From IMG/VR virus record IMGVR_UViG_3300048670_001593, positions 14,718-78,717 of that record: a stretch of DNA of 64,000 bases; one strand, given 5' to 3'. The position numbers and the translations under genes were made by a program. Shown piece after piece: positions 27,834-36,683 of this stretch. This DNA comes from a virus. Lineage: Duplodnaviria; Caudoviricetes. Below the pieces are notes generated by a model. The model did no database searches. It saw nothing but the letters and a program-made list of their open reading frames with translations, and was not told the origin of the DNA. How positions within the stretch are numbered: the first letter of the stretch is position 1; each line of letters begins with the position of its first letter.

Positions 27834-28226
27834 ATGTCACGTGATGCCAGTTGTCCTCAGAACATTTGGCAGGCACGATTTCAGGAATATCATCTGAATC
27901 CTTTCATATCTGACCAAAAAACTCTTTCGTATCAGCGACTGGACCGACCCGAAAACTGGTGGTATAATCCACTAAACCCCCAGAGCCTCAGACTCACTGC
28001 TGTGGCATACAATGTCATAAGAAAATCTCCAGATATAAAATCTTATAAATTCAAATTGGATCAGATGATATTACCAAAAACTCTGCTACAATTGGAACGA
28101 CATTTTACAGGACCGTATTTTATTATTTCGCCCCTTGCCATAGTGTTGTTTGGCGAAACCGAAGTCATGATGCTGGCTCTACACGGCAACAATCTACAGC
28201 AGTATCTGGATAATTTAAGCAGTTAA
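27834..28226 (+). CDS. Hypothetical protein
   Basis: 130 aa in operon; start uncertain. Confidence 0.55.
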   Translation: MSRDASCPQNIWQARFQEYHLNPFISDQKTLSYQRLDRPENWWYNPLNPQSLRLTAVAYNVIRKSPDIKSYKFKLDQMILPKTLLQLERHFTGPYFIISPLAIVLFGETEVMMLALHGNNLQQYLDNLSS

Positions 28227-28244
28227 CCGATCAAGGAGAATCAG

Positions 28245-28355
28245 ATGTTTATTGAATACGTACTCTGTTATGCAGAAAGTTTTACTCTGGGAGCAGCATT
28301 TGGTGGAGCAGTGGTCTGGTATCTGCACCATCTGAAATCTCAGGGAAAAATCTAG
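28245..28355 (+). CDS. Small hydrophobic peptide (36 aa), absent from the ORF track
   Basis: AAGGAG SD, then MFIEYVLCYAESFTLGAAFGGAVVWYLHHLKSQGKI*. Confidence 0.55.
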   Translation: MFIEYVLCYAESFTLGAAFGGAVVWYLHHLKSQGKI

Positions 28356-28384
28356 TTGACACATCTAAACAATGATTTTATAAT
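28356..28384 (+). promoter_or_regulatory. sigma70 early promoter
   Basis: TTGACA-N17-TATAAT (consensus). Confidence 0.9.
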
Positions 28385-28460
28385 TACAGAATATTAGCGC
28401 AACTAAAAAATTCAGCAAATCCATCCGCCATTGACTCTGCAACAATCAAGGAGCACTTCC

Positions 28461-29000
28461 ATGACAAAAGCAACAAAACCGGATTATTTGAAAACTACCC
28501 GATATGGTGTCAATCCAATGATACCCCACAAGGATGCCCGCCCCAGATGCGGTGTTTCTGGTTGCAATAGGCCTCGGGCAATCCAGCAAACCTGTGTGGA
28601 TGGTCGACCAAGGTATCGCCACGTTTGCGATGCTCACCACAGCCAACGAACTGCATCCAAATACGGTTACGAAAGAATTTCTCAAATCACTGCTAGCCGT
28701 CTGGGCATTAGTGAAACCCAATACAGAAATAGGAGTCATCCTAGTCGCAAATATCGAAAGCCCTATTGCGAAAACGTAGATGGTCGGTTGGGGTTCGTCT
28801 GTACCACAACTATACCCAAAACTCTGCCCAATGGCAAGGTTTTTGATGGATGGTTGGATGTGGACCACATTGATGGAAACCCAAACAATAACAATGTAGA
28901 AAATTTTCAAACTCTATGCAGTTGTTGCCATGCTTACAAAACTCTGGTTAATGGTGACAGCAAAACTCCCGGCCGTAAATTTTATCGTATTACCAGATAA
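28461..29000 (+). CDS. HNH endonuclease
   Basis: DVDHIDGNPNNNNVENFQTLCSCCH; N-terminal Cys/His Zn-like segment; ATG 28461 after AAGGAG. Confidence 0.85.
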   Translation: MTKATKPDYLKTTRYGVNPMIPHKDARPRCGVSGCNRPRAIQQTCVDGRPRYRHVCDAHHSQRTASKYGYERISQITASRLGISETQYRNRSHPSRKYRKPYCENVDGRLGFVCTTTIPKTLPNGKVFDGWLDVDHIDGNPNNNNVENFQTLCSCCHAYKTLVNGDSKTPGRKFYRITR

Positions 29001-29061
29001 TTTTGGTTGGCGGCAATAATCGAAGATCATAGAACAGCGTCTGACAATACTAAAACAACAC

Positions 29062-29253
29062 ATGAGAACACTGGCCAAATTGAATGACCGATTGGTGGAA
29101 ATCCTGGCGGTGAGAGATCGCGTGGAGTTTTCTGACGAGTCAGGTTGGATCCTGATCACCACCGACATTGGTCAGGACCCCCGACGGCAGATGAACTTCC
29201 GGTGGGTTCCTGCCAGCACTCGATTTGAGTGGGTGCGAGAGTCGGCATTCTGA
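29062..29253 (+). CDS. Hypothetical protein
   Basis: 63 aa ORF. Confidence 0.5.
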   Translation: MRTLAKLNDRLVEILAVRDRVEFSDESGWILITTDIGQDPRRQMNFRWVPASTRFEWVRESAF

Positions 29254-29255
29254 GC

Positions 29256-29284
29256 TTGACAACAGGGAAGTTTGATGCTAGACT
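29256..29284 (+). promoter_or_regulatory. sigma70 early promoter with no protein gene directly downstream
   Basis: TTGACA-N17-TAGACT. Confidence 0.75.
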
Positions 29285-29291
29285 ACAGACT

Positions 29292-29394
29292 TAGTTAGAC
29301 ACATCGCTGACGCCCCAGAGAAGGATTCCGGAGTCCTGTATCGACCAATAACTAAGCCAGCAGATGGGTTCGCTGGATGCGATGTGTCTAACTA
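29292..29394 (+). ncRNA. Candidate structured small RNA (alternatively a MITE-like element)
   Basis: Perfect 16-bp terminal inverted repeat TAGTTAGACACATCGC / GCGATGTGTCTAACTA enclosing two internal hairpins; starts 8 nt after a -10 box. Confidence 0.5.
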
Positions 29395-29445
29395 TTCCAT
29401 CTACGCTGCTGGAACTGTGCGCAACCTACTGCTGAGCTAGCGAGG

Positions 29446-29474
29446 TTGACAGGACTGGATCAGGCTGCTATACT
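29446..29474 (+). promoter_or_regulatory. sigma70 early promoter
   Basis: TTGACA-N17-TATACT. Confidence 0.85.
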
Positions 29475-29503
29475 AGCACGACACTAACAGCAAGGAGCAC
29501 TCC

Positions 29504-29593
29504 GTGAACAACATCGCTTTCTTTGTAGTCTGTGCTGTGGTTGGTTATACTCTGCACGATATGTATATTGTCCTGGGCAAGTTTTTTCACTAA
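29504..29593 (+). CDS. Small hydrophobic peptide (29 aa), absent from the ORF track
   Basis: AAGGAG SD, GTG start, MNNIAFFVVCAVVGYTLHDMYIVLGKFFH*. Confidence 0.55.
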   Translation: MNNIAFFVVCAVVGYTLHDMYIVLGKFFH

Positions 29594-29603
29594 GGAGACC
29601 ACC

Positions 29604-29804
29604 GTGGCCTACACTGTTTTCCAACACAATCCCCAATACGGCCCGCGTCAGGGTCTGGAAGGTCCCTTCAATTACCCCAATGGTCGAGTTCTTTACTACG
29701 ATGCTCAAGCTGGAGAATACTGGGACCCCCGCACTGACTTCTATGTGTCTCAGGAAGAAGTCAGCTGGTTGAAACAAAGCATCTTTGATGTGGTTCGGGC
29801 TTGA
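29604..29804 (+). CDS. Hypothetical early protein (66 aa)
   Basis: GTG 29604 after TAAGGAG is the likely start; GLEGPF...GRVLYYD...GEYWDP.TDFY. Confidence 0.65.
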   Translation: MAYTVFQHNPQYGPRQGLEGPFNYPNGRVLYYDAQAGEYWDPRTDFYVSQEEVSWLKQSIFDVVRA

Positions 29805-29829
29805 CATTCCTGCCTAAAGATCGTATAAT
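29801..29829 (+). promoter_or_regulatory. sigma70 early promoter
   Basis: TTGACA-N17-TATAAT (consensus). Confidence 0.9.
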
Positions 29830-29861
29830 GGCCATACAGTGAACGTAACGAGGAGCACACA

Positions 29862-30095
29862 ATGACTGAATGGGAAAAGAACTGTTACGGTATGTCCGAA
29901 GCAGATATCCGCAAAGAATACATGAACAGCATCACTGCCAAGTTCTCCGGACTTGAAATGGTTGCAATGGGTGTGCTGAGTGATGCACAAGAACTGCTGG
30001 AAATGGATAGCAAAGAAGCCGCCCGCAAGCAGATGAACATTGCCAAGTTCATCCTGAGCGAAATGATGGAAGCTCGTCAACCATCAGCAGCCTGA
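29862..30095 (+). CDS. Hypothetical early protein
   Basis: GAGGAG SD, 77 aa. Confidence 0.7.
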   Translation: MTEWEKNCYGMSEADIRKEYMNSITAKFSGLEMVAMGVLSDAQELLEMDSKEAARKQMNIAKFILSEMMEARQPSAA

Positions 30096-30102
30096 TCGGG
30101 CA

Positions 30103-30131
30103 TTGACAATCACCATTGGTTACTGTATACT
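30103..30131 (+). promoter_or_regulatory. sigma70 early promoter
   Basis: TTGACA-N17-TATACT. Confidence 0.85.
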
Positions 30132-30179
30132 TGTATCTGTAGTAGTTAATTACACCCAACTTGTGCAAGGAGCCACACC

Positions 30180-31277
30180 ATGAGCCTGACTGAAACCCGT
30201 ACCGTTACTAGTGAAGAAGCCCGAGAAAGCGTGATGCAGTGTTTTAAGCGTCAGCGTCCGGTGTTCCTGTGGGGCCCCCCGGGCATTGGCAAGAGCGAGC
30301 TGGTGGCTGGCATTGCTGAAGAGATGGGCGGCCTGATGATTGACCTGCGACTGGGTCAGATGGATCCCACTGACCTGCGAGGCATTCCTTTTTATAACAA
30401 AGACAAAGGTGTCATGGACTGGGCACCGCCCATTGACCTACCGGACGAAGAACTGGCCAGTCAGTATCCCATTGTGGTGCTGTTCCTGGACGAAATGAAC
30501 TCGGCTCCGCCCAGTGTTCAGGCTGCTGCATACCAGTTGGTGCTGAACCGTCGCATTGGCCGTTATGTCATGCCCAAGAACGTAGTGATTGTGGCTGCTG
30601 GCAACCGTGAAGGCGACCGTGGTGTTACTTATCGCCAGCCGGCCCCCCTGGCCAATCGCTTTGTGCATCTGGAGATGCGCGTGGACTTTGACTCCTGGCA
30701 GCGTTGGGCAGTCCGGAACAACATTCACAAGGATGTGGTGGGCTACATCAGCTTTGCCAAGCAGGACCTGTTTGACCACGACCCCAAGAGTGCCAGCCGC
30801 AGTTTTGCTACTCCGCGCAGCTGGACCTTTGTCAGCGACCTGCTGGCAGACAACCTGCCCAGTAACATCGAGACCGACCTGGTGGCAGGCACTGTGGGCG
30901 ATGGCCTGGCTGTGAAGTTCATGGCACACCGCAAGGTGTCGGCACAGATGCCCAACCCCACTGACATCCTGAACGGCAAGGTCCGAGAACTCAAGGTCAA
31001 GGAAGTCAGTGCCATGTATAGTCTGGTCACCAGTATGTGCTACGAGCTCAAGGACATCCATGCCAAGAACAAGGAAGTGGGCAAAACCGACGACTGGCAC
31101 GCCAAGGTCGACAACTTCTTCCAGTTCATGATGGATAACTTCACCACTGAGCTGACGGTCATGGGCGCTCGTACTGCACTGACGGTGTACAACCTGCCGT
31201 TTGTTCCGGGCAAGCTCAAGACGTTTGATGAATTCCACAAGCGTTATGGCAAGTATATTGTGGCGGCTGTTTCTTGA
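30180..31277 (+). CDS. MoxR-like AAA+ ATPase
   Basis: Walker A GPPGIGKS, Walker B LFLDE, AAGN, PLANRF, TPRSW. Confidence 0.9.
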   Translation: MSLTETRTVTSEEARESVMQCFKRQRPVFLWGPPGIGKSELVAGIAEEMGGLMIDLRLGQMDPTDLRGIPFYNKDKGVMDWAPPIDLPDEELASQYPIVVLFLDEMNSAPPSVQAAAYQLVLNRRIGRYVMPKNVVIVAAGNREGDRGVTYRQPAPLANRFVHLEMRVDFDSWQRWAVRNNIHKDVVGYISFAKQDLFDHDPKSASRSFATPRSWTFVSDLLADNLPSNIETDLVAGTVGDGLAVKFMAHRKVSAQMPNPTDILNGKVRELKVKEVSAMYSLVTSMCYELKDIHAKNKEVGKTDDWHAKVDNFFQFMMDNFTTELTVMGARTALTVYNLPFVPGKLKTFDEFHKRYGKYIVAAVS

Positions 31278-31305
31278 TCAATCGCATCTGTCAGGTGCGG
31301 AAATT

Positions 31306-31340
31306 GGATAGGCGGTTTTCCGCCTATCCTTGTTTTCCTT
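31306..31340 (+). terminator. Rho-independent terminator after the ATPase
   Basis: GGATAGGCGG-TTTT-CCGCCTATCC followed by TTGTTTTCCTT. Confidence 0.75.
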
Positions 31341-31342
31341 AT

Positions 31343-31606
31343 ATGTTGGAATTCAAGCTGGATCTGCGCCTTTCTCCCCATCCTCGTAGCTCAGTGTCCA
31401 AGGACAGTTTCCTCAGCATCCGAGAGTACCTGTGGGAAAATTACGGAGCCAGTAAAGAAATCCGATTCTGGTTGGAAGATCACCGCAAATCTGTGACAGA
31501 CCGCCAGTGCCACAGCCCAGACTGGTGCTGGGACACCGAGCACCACCAATGCAGAATTTATCTGAGCGAGGTGGCGCTGAGTTATTGCAGTCTCAGGTGG
31601 GCTTGA
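31343..31606 (+). CDS. Hypothetical protein
   Basis: Start moved to ATG 31343, downstream of the hairpin; Trp-rich and ends LRW like neighbouring small ORFs. Confidence 0.5.
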   Translation: MLEFKLDLRLSPHPRSSVSKDSFLSIREYLWENYGASKEIRFWLEDHRKSVTDRQCHSPDWCWDTEHHQCRIYLSEVALSYCSLRWA

Positions 31607-31632
31607 CAGAACACCCAACCCATAAATATAAT
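31603..31632 (+). promoter_or_regulatory. sigma70-type promoter with embedded CATAAATA
   Basis: TTGACA-N18-TATAAT. Confidence 0.7.
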
Positions 31633-31765
31633 GCCACTGTGCGCTAAATTTACAGTAAGTATCTGATGATACAAAAACACATACTTTTGATCGATGTTAG
31701 ACTAGGTAAGGAGGGAATGTGAAGAGAATGGTTGTGTTTTCTAATTAAACGGACAAATAAAAACT

Positions 31766-32764
31766 ATGAAATTATTTATTTTTGGGGAGACAATAACTAG
31801 TAGGTTGAGTGATTCGATTATTAAGGATTACCCGGATGCAATGTTAATAACAGAAGATAACTATGAAACTAAATTTAACATAGGGTATTCAGGGATAGAG
31901 GAATTCTATGACAAGACAAAATTTTTAAAATTGCTATTCTCAGTCAAAGAAATTTTTTATATTTCTGACAACAATGCAACTGGAGATTTCGATTATCGTA
32001 ACCCAACAATGAATATGCGAGGTCTGACAGAATATTTTCTACTAATAGTTAAAGAAGAAGGAATAAAAATTAATAATTTTATTCCACTTGGTACACAGAA
32101 TGTCATAGAAGATCTTAATGTAATGTTGAGCTTAATTGATTATCGAAAACCAGACAATGGCCCACAACTTTGGTGTGTTGGATGTAGTGTAACAGTAGGA
32201 TATGGTGTTGACCAAACTCAAAGATATAGTAATTTAATTTCTAAAAAACTTAATTTGCCGTTAAACTTATTGGCCCACCACGGTTCTAGTATACCTTGGG
32301 CATCAGATCAGATTCTACGTAGTGATATCAGAAATAATGATCTGGTTATTTGGGGGATTACTACTAAAAATAGAATAAATTATTTCCATAATGGAGAAAT
32401 AATCCATTTACATCCTCTAACGATAAATCATCCAAGCAGAAGAAGTTTGTCAGATGTATCAAAGCATTTGTTAACTGATGAAGATTTTCTGTCTTACACA
32501 AATCTAACCAGTATTGATCGTGTAGTAAAGTTTTGTAAGAAAATAGGTGCTAAACTATTGCTGGTGGGAATAATGCCTACAGATTCCGATTTTCTTTTTT
32601 TAAGAAAATTCCAGGAATACTATCATTACCCTTACCCAACACAGAAATTTAAAGATCTTGGCTATGATGGTGGCCACCCAGGACCATTACAACATCAAGA
32701 ATATGCCGAAAAGATATTAAGTTTGCTAGAAAAAAGAAAATTTATAACCCAACCCAAATTGTAA
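31766..32764 (+). CDS. SGNH/GDSL-like protein with an N-terminal extension
   Basis: CVGCSVTVGYG, NLLAHHGSSI, VIWGIT..NR, DLGYDGGHPGPLQH; AT-rich by eye. Confidence 0.65.
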   Translation: MKLFIFGETITSRLSDSIIKDYPDAMLITEDNYETKFNIGYSGIEEFYDKTKFLKLLFSVKEIFYISDNNATGDFDYRNPTMNMRGLTEYFLLIVKEEGIKINNFIPLGTQNVIEDLNVMLSLIDYRKPDNGPQLWCVGCSVTVGYGVDQTQRYSNLISKKLNLPLNLLAHHGSSIPWASDQILRSDIRNNDLVIWGITTKNRINYFHNGEIIHLHPLTINHPSRRSLSDVSKHLLTDEDFLSYTNLTSIDRVVKFCKKIGAKLLLVGIMPTDSDFLFLRKFQEYYHYPYPTQKFKDLGYDGGHPGPLQHQEYAEKILSLLEKRKFITQPKL

Positions 32765-32850
32765 TTGTTTTAGCCCGCCTGTTGTTTTTTTAAAACGAAA
32801 CAACTAGTATCTTTTAAATTAATGGTCAAAAAATTAGTTAAGAGTTGATA

Positions 32851-32879
32851 TTGACTTTTGGTCAGTGTTATGGTATAAT
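32851..32879 (+). promoter_or_regulatory. sigma70 early promoter
   Basis: TTGACT-N17-TATAAT. Confidence 0.85.
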
Positions 32880-32905
32880 ACCCAAACTAACACTAAGGAG
32901 TTGTT

Positions 32906-34174
32906 ATGAGTACTGCTACTACCACCCAGAACCAAGAACACAAGAGTCTGGTGGGTATCAAAACTGATCCCCGAATTGATGCACAATCCCGAGAAAAATT
33001 GATCAGCGCACGGATTGCACTGTTGCTCAAGGCACCGTTTTTCGGTAATCTGGCCACTCGCCTAAAATTAATTAACGCTGACGAGTGGTGTGGCACTGCT
33101 GCCACCGACGGTCGAAATTTTTACTACAACAGTGAATTTATCGGTGGCCTGCCGCAGCGGCAGATTGAATTCCTGTTTGGTCACGAAGTCCTGCATGTGG
33201 TCTACGATCACATGGCACGACGCGAAGATCGTGATCCCATGCTCAGCAACGTGGCTGCTGACTATTGTGTCAACGCCGACTTGCTGGAACAGAAGATTGG
33301 CGAAAAGATTCCCGTGGGACTATACAATACCAAGTATGTGGGCTGGAGTTACGAACAGGTCTACGACGATCTCTACGAAAATGCTGAAAAGATTGATCTG
33401 GGTGAGCTGGGCAAGATGATCCTGGACATGCATCTGGACGGTGAAGATGGCGAGGGTGATGGCGACAGTCAGGGAGAGGGTCAGGGTTCCGGACGTCCCA
33501 GATTGTCTGACGAAGAACGCAAGCAGATCCGTGACGAAATCAAAGAAGCCATGATCAGTGCTGCGCAGACCGCAGGTGCTGGCAATGTTCCTGCTGGTGT
33601 GCGCCGCATGATCAAGAATCTGACCAGTCCGCAACTCAGTTGGCGTGAGCTGCTGCCGCAGCAGGTTCAGAGTGTCATCAAGTATGACTACACCTGGAAT
33701 CGTTCCAGCCGAAAAGGCTGGCACACTGAAGCAGTGATGCCTGGCAGCAACTACGATCAGGACATCGATATTTGTGTCAGTATCGATGCGTCTGGCAGCA
33801 TGACTGACGAAATGCTCAAAGACATTGTCAGCGAAATCAAGGGCATCATGGACAGTTTTCAGAACTTCCGTCTGCATCTCTGGAGCTTTGACACTCAGGT
33901 CTACAATGCTCAGGTGTTTACTCCGGACAATCTGGAAGACATTCTGGAATACGATCTGCAGGGTGGTGGTGGCACCACATTTGAATGCAATTGGGAATAC
34001 ATGCTGGAGCATGACATTCAGCCCAAGTTCTTTGTGATGTTCACTGACGGGTATCCCAATAGCAGCTGGGGTGATGAGAACTACTGCGACACCATGTTTG
34101 TGATTCATGGCAGCACCAGTATTCAGGCACCGTTTGGCATCACCACCTATTATGAACTGGGCAAGAAGCAGTAA
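32906..34174 (+). CDS. Metallopeptidase-like (HExxH) + vWA domain protein (DUF2201-like), MoxR partner
   Basis: GHEVLHVVYDH; MIDAS DASGS; GGGGTTF; MFTDGY. Confidence 0.85.
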   Translation: MSTATTTQNQEHKSLVGIKTDPRIDAQSREKLISARIALLLKAPFFGNLATRLKLINADEWCGTAATDGRNFYYNSEFIGGLPQRQIEFLFGHEVLHVVYDHMARREDRDPMLSNVAADYCVNADLLEQKIGEKIPVGLYNTKYVGWSYEQVYDDLYENAEKIDLGELGKMILDMHLDGEDGEGDGDSQGEGQGSGRPRLSDEERKQIRDEIKEAMISAAQTAGAGNVPAGVRRMIKNLTSPQLSWRELLPQQVQSVIKYDYTWNRSSRKGWHTEAVMPGSNYDQDIDICVSIDASGSMTDEMLKDIVSEIKGIMDSFQNFRLHLWSFDTQVYNAQVFTPDNLEDILEYDLQGGGGTTFECNWEYMLEHDIQPKFFVMFTDGYPNSSWGDENYCDTMFVIHGSTSIQAPFGITTYYELGKKQ

Positions 34175-34188
34175 ACGGAGGCATTAAA

Positions 34189-34464
34189 ATGATCAATCTA
34201 AAATGTAATCTTCGCAATCCCTGGTGGAAAGATGAATTTCTTCCCCAAGTATCCCATTGGGGTGTCGCACCCTGGCCCAACATGTGCTGGGAACTGGAAG
34301 TCCACAAAACTTCTGACATTATTGATCTGGATCTGGCAATCACCTGGCGACAAAGTCACGCCGGAGTTTATCTTAGTCTGGGCCTGCTGGGACATGCAGT
34401 GAGTTTTTCTGTGTATGATTGCAGACACTGGGACTCAGATCTGGGAACCTGGCAGGAGTTCTGA
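34189..34464 (+). CDS. Hypothetical protein
   Basis: GGAG SD, 91 aa. Confidence 0.6.
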   Translation: MINLKCNLRNPWWKDEFLPQVSHWGVAPWPNMCWELEVHKTSDIIDLDLAITWRQSHAGVYLSLGLLGHAVSFSVYDCRHWDSDLGTWQEF

Positions 34465-34467
34465 ACG

Positions 34468-34698
34468 ATGAACGAACGATTGGCTCAACTTAAAACCGCT
34501 GCCGAAAATGTCACTGTTCGTAGCCCCGAACAGTTTGCTGAAGTATTTGGCAGGCTCATGCTGAATGATCTGGTTAAGACTCTGGAAGATATTGAGAACA
34601 ACGAATTTGGTGAAGTTAAATGGAACATGGACACTCATCTGGGCTGGCAAATAGCTCTGACAGAAGTCAAAACCAAATTGCAGAAATACTTCAAATAA
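34468..34698 (+). CDS. Hypothetical protein
   Basis: MNERLAQL... 76 aa. Confidence 0.6.
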   Translation: MNERLAQLKTAAENVTVRSPEQFAEVFGRLMLNDLVKTLEDIENNEFGEVKWNMDTHLGWQIALTEVKTKLQKYFK

Positions 34699-34705
34699 CT
34701 TCACG

Positions 34706-34918
34706 ATGAGCACTGCCGAACAGACCAAATATCCCTATTCCGTACCCACTGCATATTCATTATCAGTAGACGCCTATGTCTGGCTCAAGAACAATGGTAT
34801 CGAACACCGGATTGAATATCAGATTGACCCCGCCACCGAAGTAGATGAAGTTCTGCATTCAGTTGTGCATTTCGCCAGACAGCAGGATGCCACCTGGTTT
34901 GCGTTGAAATGGTCATGA
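34706..34918 (+). CDS. Hypothetical protein
   Basis: 70 aa ending DATWFALKWS. Confidence 0.55.
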   Translation: MSTAEQTKYPYSVPTAYSLSVDAYVWLKNNGIEHRIEYQIDPATEVDEVLHSVVHFARQQDATWFALKWS

Positions 34919-35142
34919 ACACCGACATACTGGCCGATTGGAAAAACTCCAGATTTGTGTTGGCGGACCCTGCATTGGGCGACGCTGAATTTACCATGGT
35001 TCTGACTGACCTGGAATTCTGGATTGGCAACTATGAAGAGTTAACCAACTGGTGTCTGGCACATGGCGGCGACGTTCATGGCATGACCGTGGACTTTGCT
35101 GACGAAAAAACTTTGAGTTTGTTTGTATTGAGGTGGTCATGA
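34909..35142 (+). CDS. Hypothetical protein
   Basis: 77 aa ending LFVLRWS. Confidence 0.55.
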   Translation: MVMNTDILADWKNSRFVLADPALGDAEFTMVLTDLEFWIGNYEELTNWCLAHGGDVHGMTVDFADEKTLSLFVLRWS

Positions 35143-35268
35143 ATTTTTTTCACGAAGAACGTCTGGGCAAATTGTTGATTAGTGCCACAATTCTGTTGCT
35201 GTCTGGTCACGTGATCTGGGCGCTGGTCAGATACCTGATTGAGTGTGAGTGCTGAGAGTAAATAACAA

Positions 35269-35559
35269 ATGTTAAAAAACGGCCAACCCAATCCCCTAAA
35301 TGTGCACAATCTCAGACAGTTGGATTGGTGCCCACCACATTTTACCAGCGTGATCATTGACAACACCATTCCACAAAAAACCCTGAGTGACTGGTTATAC
35401 GAAAATTTATCTGGCAGATTCTATCTGGGCCCCATTGATGTAGATGCCACTGGAGAAAATGCAAAAAAATTTGCTGTCCGAAAAACTCAGATTGCATTTG
35501 AAATTCCCAACGAGGCCAGTTATTTCGGTCTGTTTTTGCCCAATCTATTAAAAAACTGA
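35269..35559 (+). CDS. Conserved phage hypothetical protein
   Basis: NPLNVH.LR...CPPHF...WLYENLSGRFY...AFE...EASYF. Confidence 0.65.
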   Translation: MLKNGQPNPLNVHNLRQLDWCPPHFTSVIIDNTIPQKTLSDWLYENLSGRFYLGPIDVDATGENAKKFAVRKTQIAFEIPNEASYFGLFLPNLLKN

Positions 35560-35638
35560 CATTTAATTAAAAATTTTTCAACCATTATAATAGTTGTTAA
35601 ATAAATTTATACGTCACAATTTATCAAGGAGACTTACG

Positions 35639-35965
35639 ATGACTATCGAATCTAATGAAGTTGGCAACAGCCCAGAAGTTCAAACAACCGATACCCCACC
35701 ACAAAATCTGAATCAGGCATTGACTCTGAATGACCTGATCCTGATGGGCAACATTATTCAAGTGACCACCCAACGCGGTGCATTCAAGGCTGAAGAAATG
35801 GCCACCATTGGTGAACTATACAACAAGCTGGTCAAATTCCTGGAAGGCGCTGGCGCTGTGACCAGAACAGAAGCTGCACCAGAACCAGAGACCGAAGCAA
35901 CTGCTGAACAAGCACCAGCCGAAGAAGTGGTCGCTGAAGCAGCACCCACCGACACCGAGAACTAA
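35639..35965 (+). CDS. Hypothetical protein with acidic tail
   Basis: ATG 35639 after AAGGAG. Confidence 0.65.
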   Translation: MTIESNEVGNSPEVQTTDTPPQNLNQALTLNDLILMGNIIQVTTQRGAFKAEEMATIGELYNKLVKFLEGAGAVTRTEAAPEPETEATAEQAPAEEVVAEAAPTDTEN

Positions 35966-35966
35966 A

Positions 35967-36683
35967 ATGATCAAACATATCGGAAGGCACGGTGAAAGAA
36001 AGATCGTGGTGGTCTTCAACACAGTGCCCAGTGAAGATCACATGGCATTGGTGGCCTATAGTGATAGTCTGCCATCCATGATGCACGACGAAGTCATGAA
36101 GGTCCTGGAAAGCCCTGCTGGTCAGACTGCCAAGGACCTGGCCGAAGCTCTGCACAGAAACATCATGCCAGACGGCACCAATACTCTGACTGGCCTGCAC
36201 ACTGGTGGGTATCTGAAAAAGGTGCAGACCAAGCAGATCATCCTGACTCCCAATGCCAAGACCACGGTGAGACTGGATGAATTAAATAAGATTCTGGCTG
36301 AGATGGCACAGGGTCAAGAGGCGGTCAAACGCATGGCTGATATTGACGCCGGGCGCGGGTTTGCTGATCCCTCCAAGAACTCTGCCAGTACCACCAGCAG
36401 AGACGTGGGCGATCCTGTGATCGCTGAGAAGCCTGCTGCAGCAACCACATCTGGAGTATTGACAGACGCTGACTTGGCTAAAATCAATCTGGATCAGGCC
36501 CGGCAACTGGAAGCACAAGCCAAATCATTGCGAGCTGAAGCTCAGAGACTCAGAGCAGAAGCCCAGCAATTTATGCCAGCCAAACCAGCACCCGCAGTTA
36601 AGAAAACTGTGACTAAGAAGGCACCGGCAGCAGCCACAAAGAAAGTGTCCAATGTCAGAGCAACCAAAAAAACCACGGCGTAA
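35967..36683 (+). CDS. Conserved phage hypothetical protein, Lys/Ala-rich C-terminus
   Basis: MIKHIGRH...; coiled-coil and KKAPAA low-complexity tail. Confidence 0.7.
   Translation: MIKHIGRHGERKIVVVFNTVPSEDHMALVAYSDSLPSMMHDEVMKVLESPAGQTAKDLAEALHRNIMPDGTNTLTGLHTGGYLKKVQTKQIILTPNAKTTVRLDELNKILAEMAQGQEAVKRMADIDAGRGFADPSKNSASTTSRDVGDPVIAEKPAAATTSGVLTDADLAKINLDQARQLEAQAKSLRAEAQRLRAEAQQFMPAKPAPAVKKTVTKKAPAAATKKVSNVRATKKTTA

Noticed and set aside
29292-29394. Hammerhead ribozyme, tRNA or retron ncRNA
   Set aside because: CTGACGC does not fit CUGANGA and there is no GAAA core; no cloverleaf or CCA end; no reverse transcriptase in the window
30438-34108. Long antisense ORFs (30438..31238, 33320..34108) and others such as 9293..10135 and 24722..25333
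   Set aside because: They shadow well-supported genes on the opposite strand and have no motifs or RBS
35967-36683. Histone H1-like DNA-binding protein
   Set aside because: The Lys/Ala-rich part is only a short low-complexity tail, not enough to support a call
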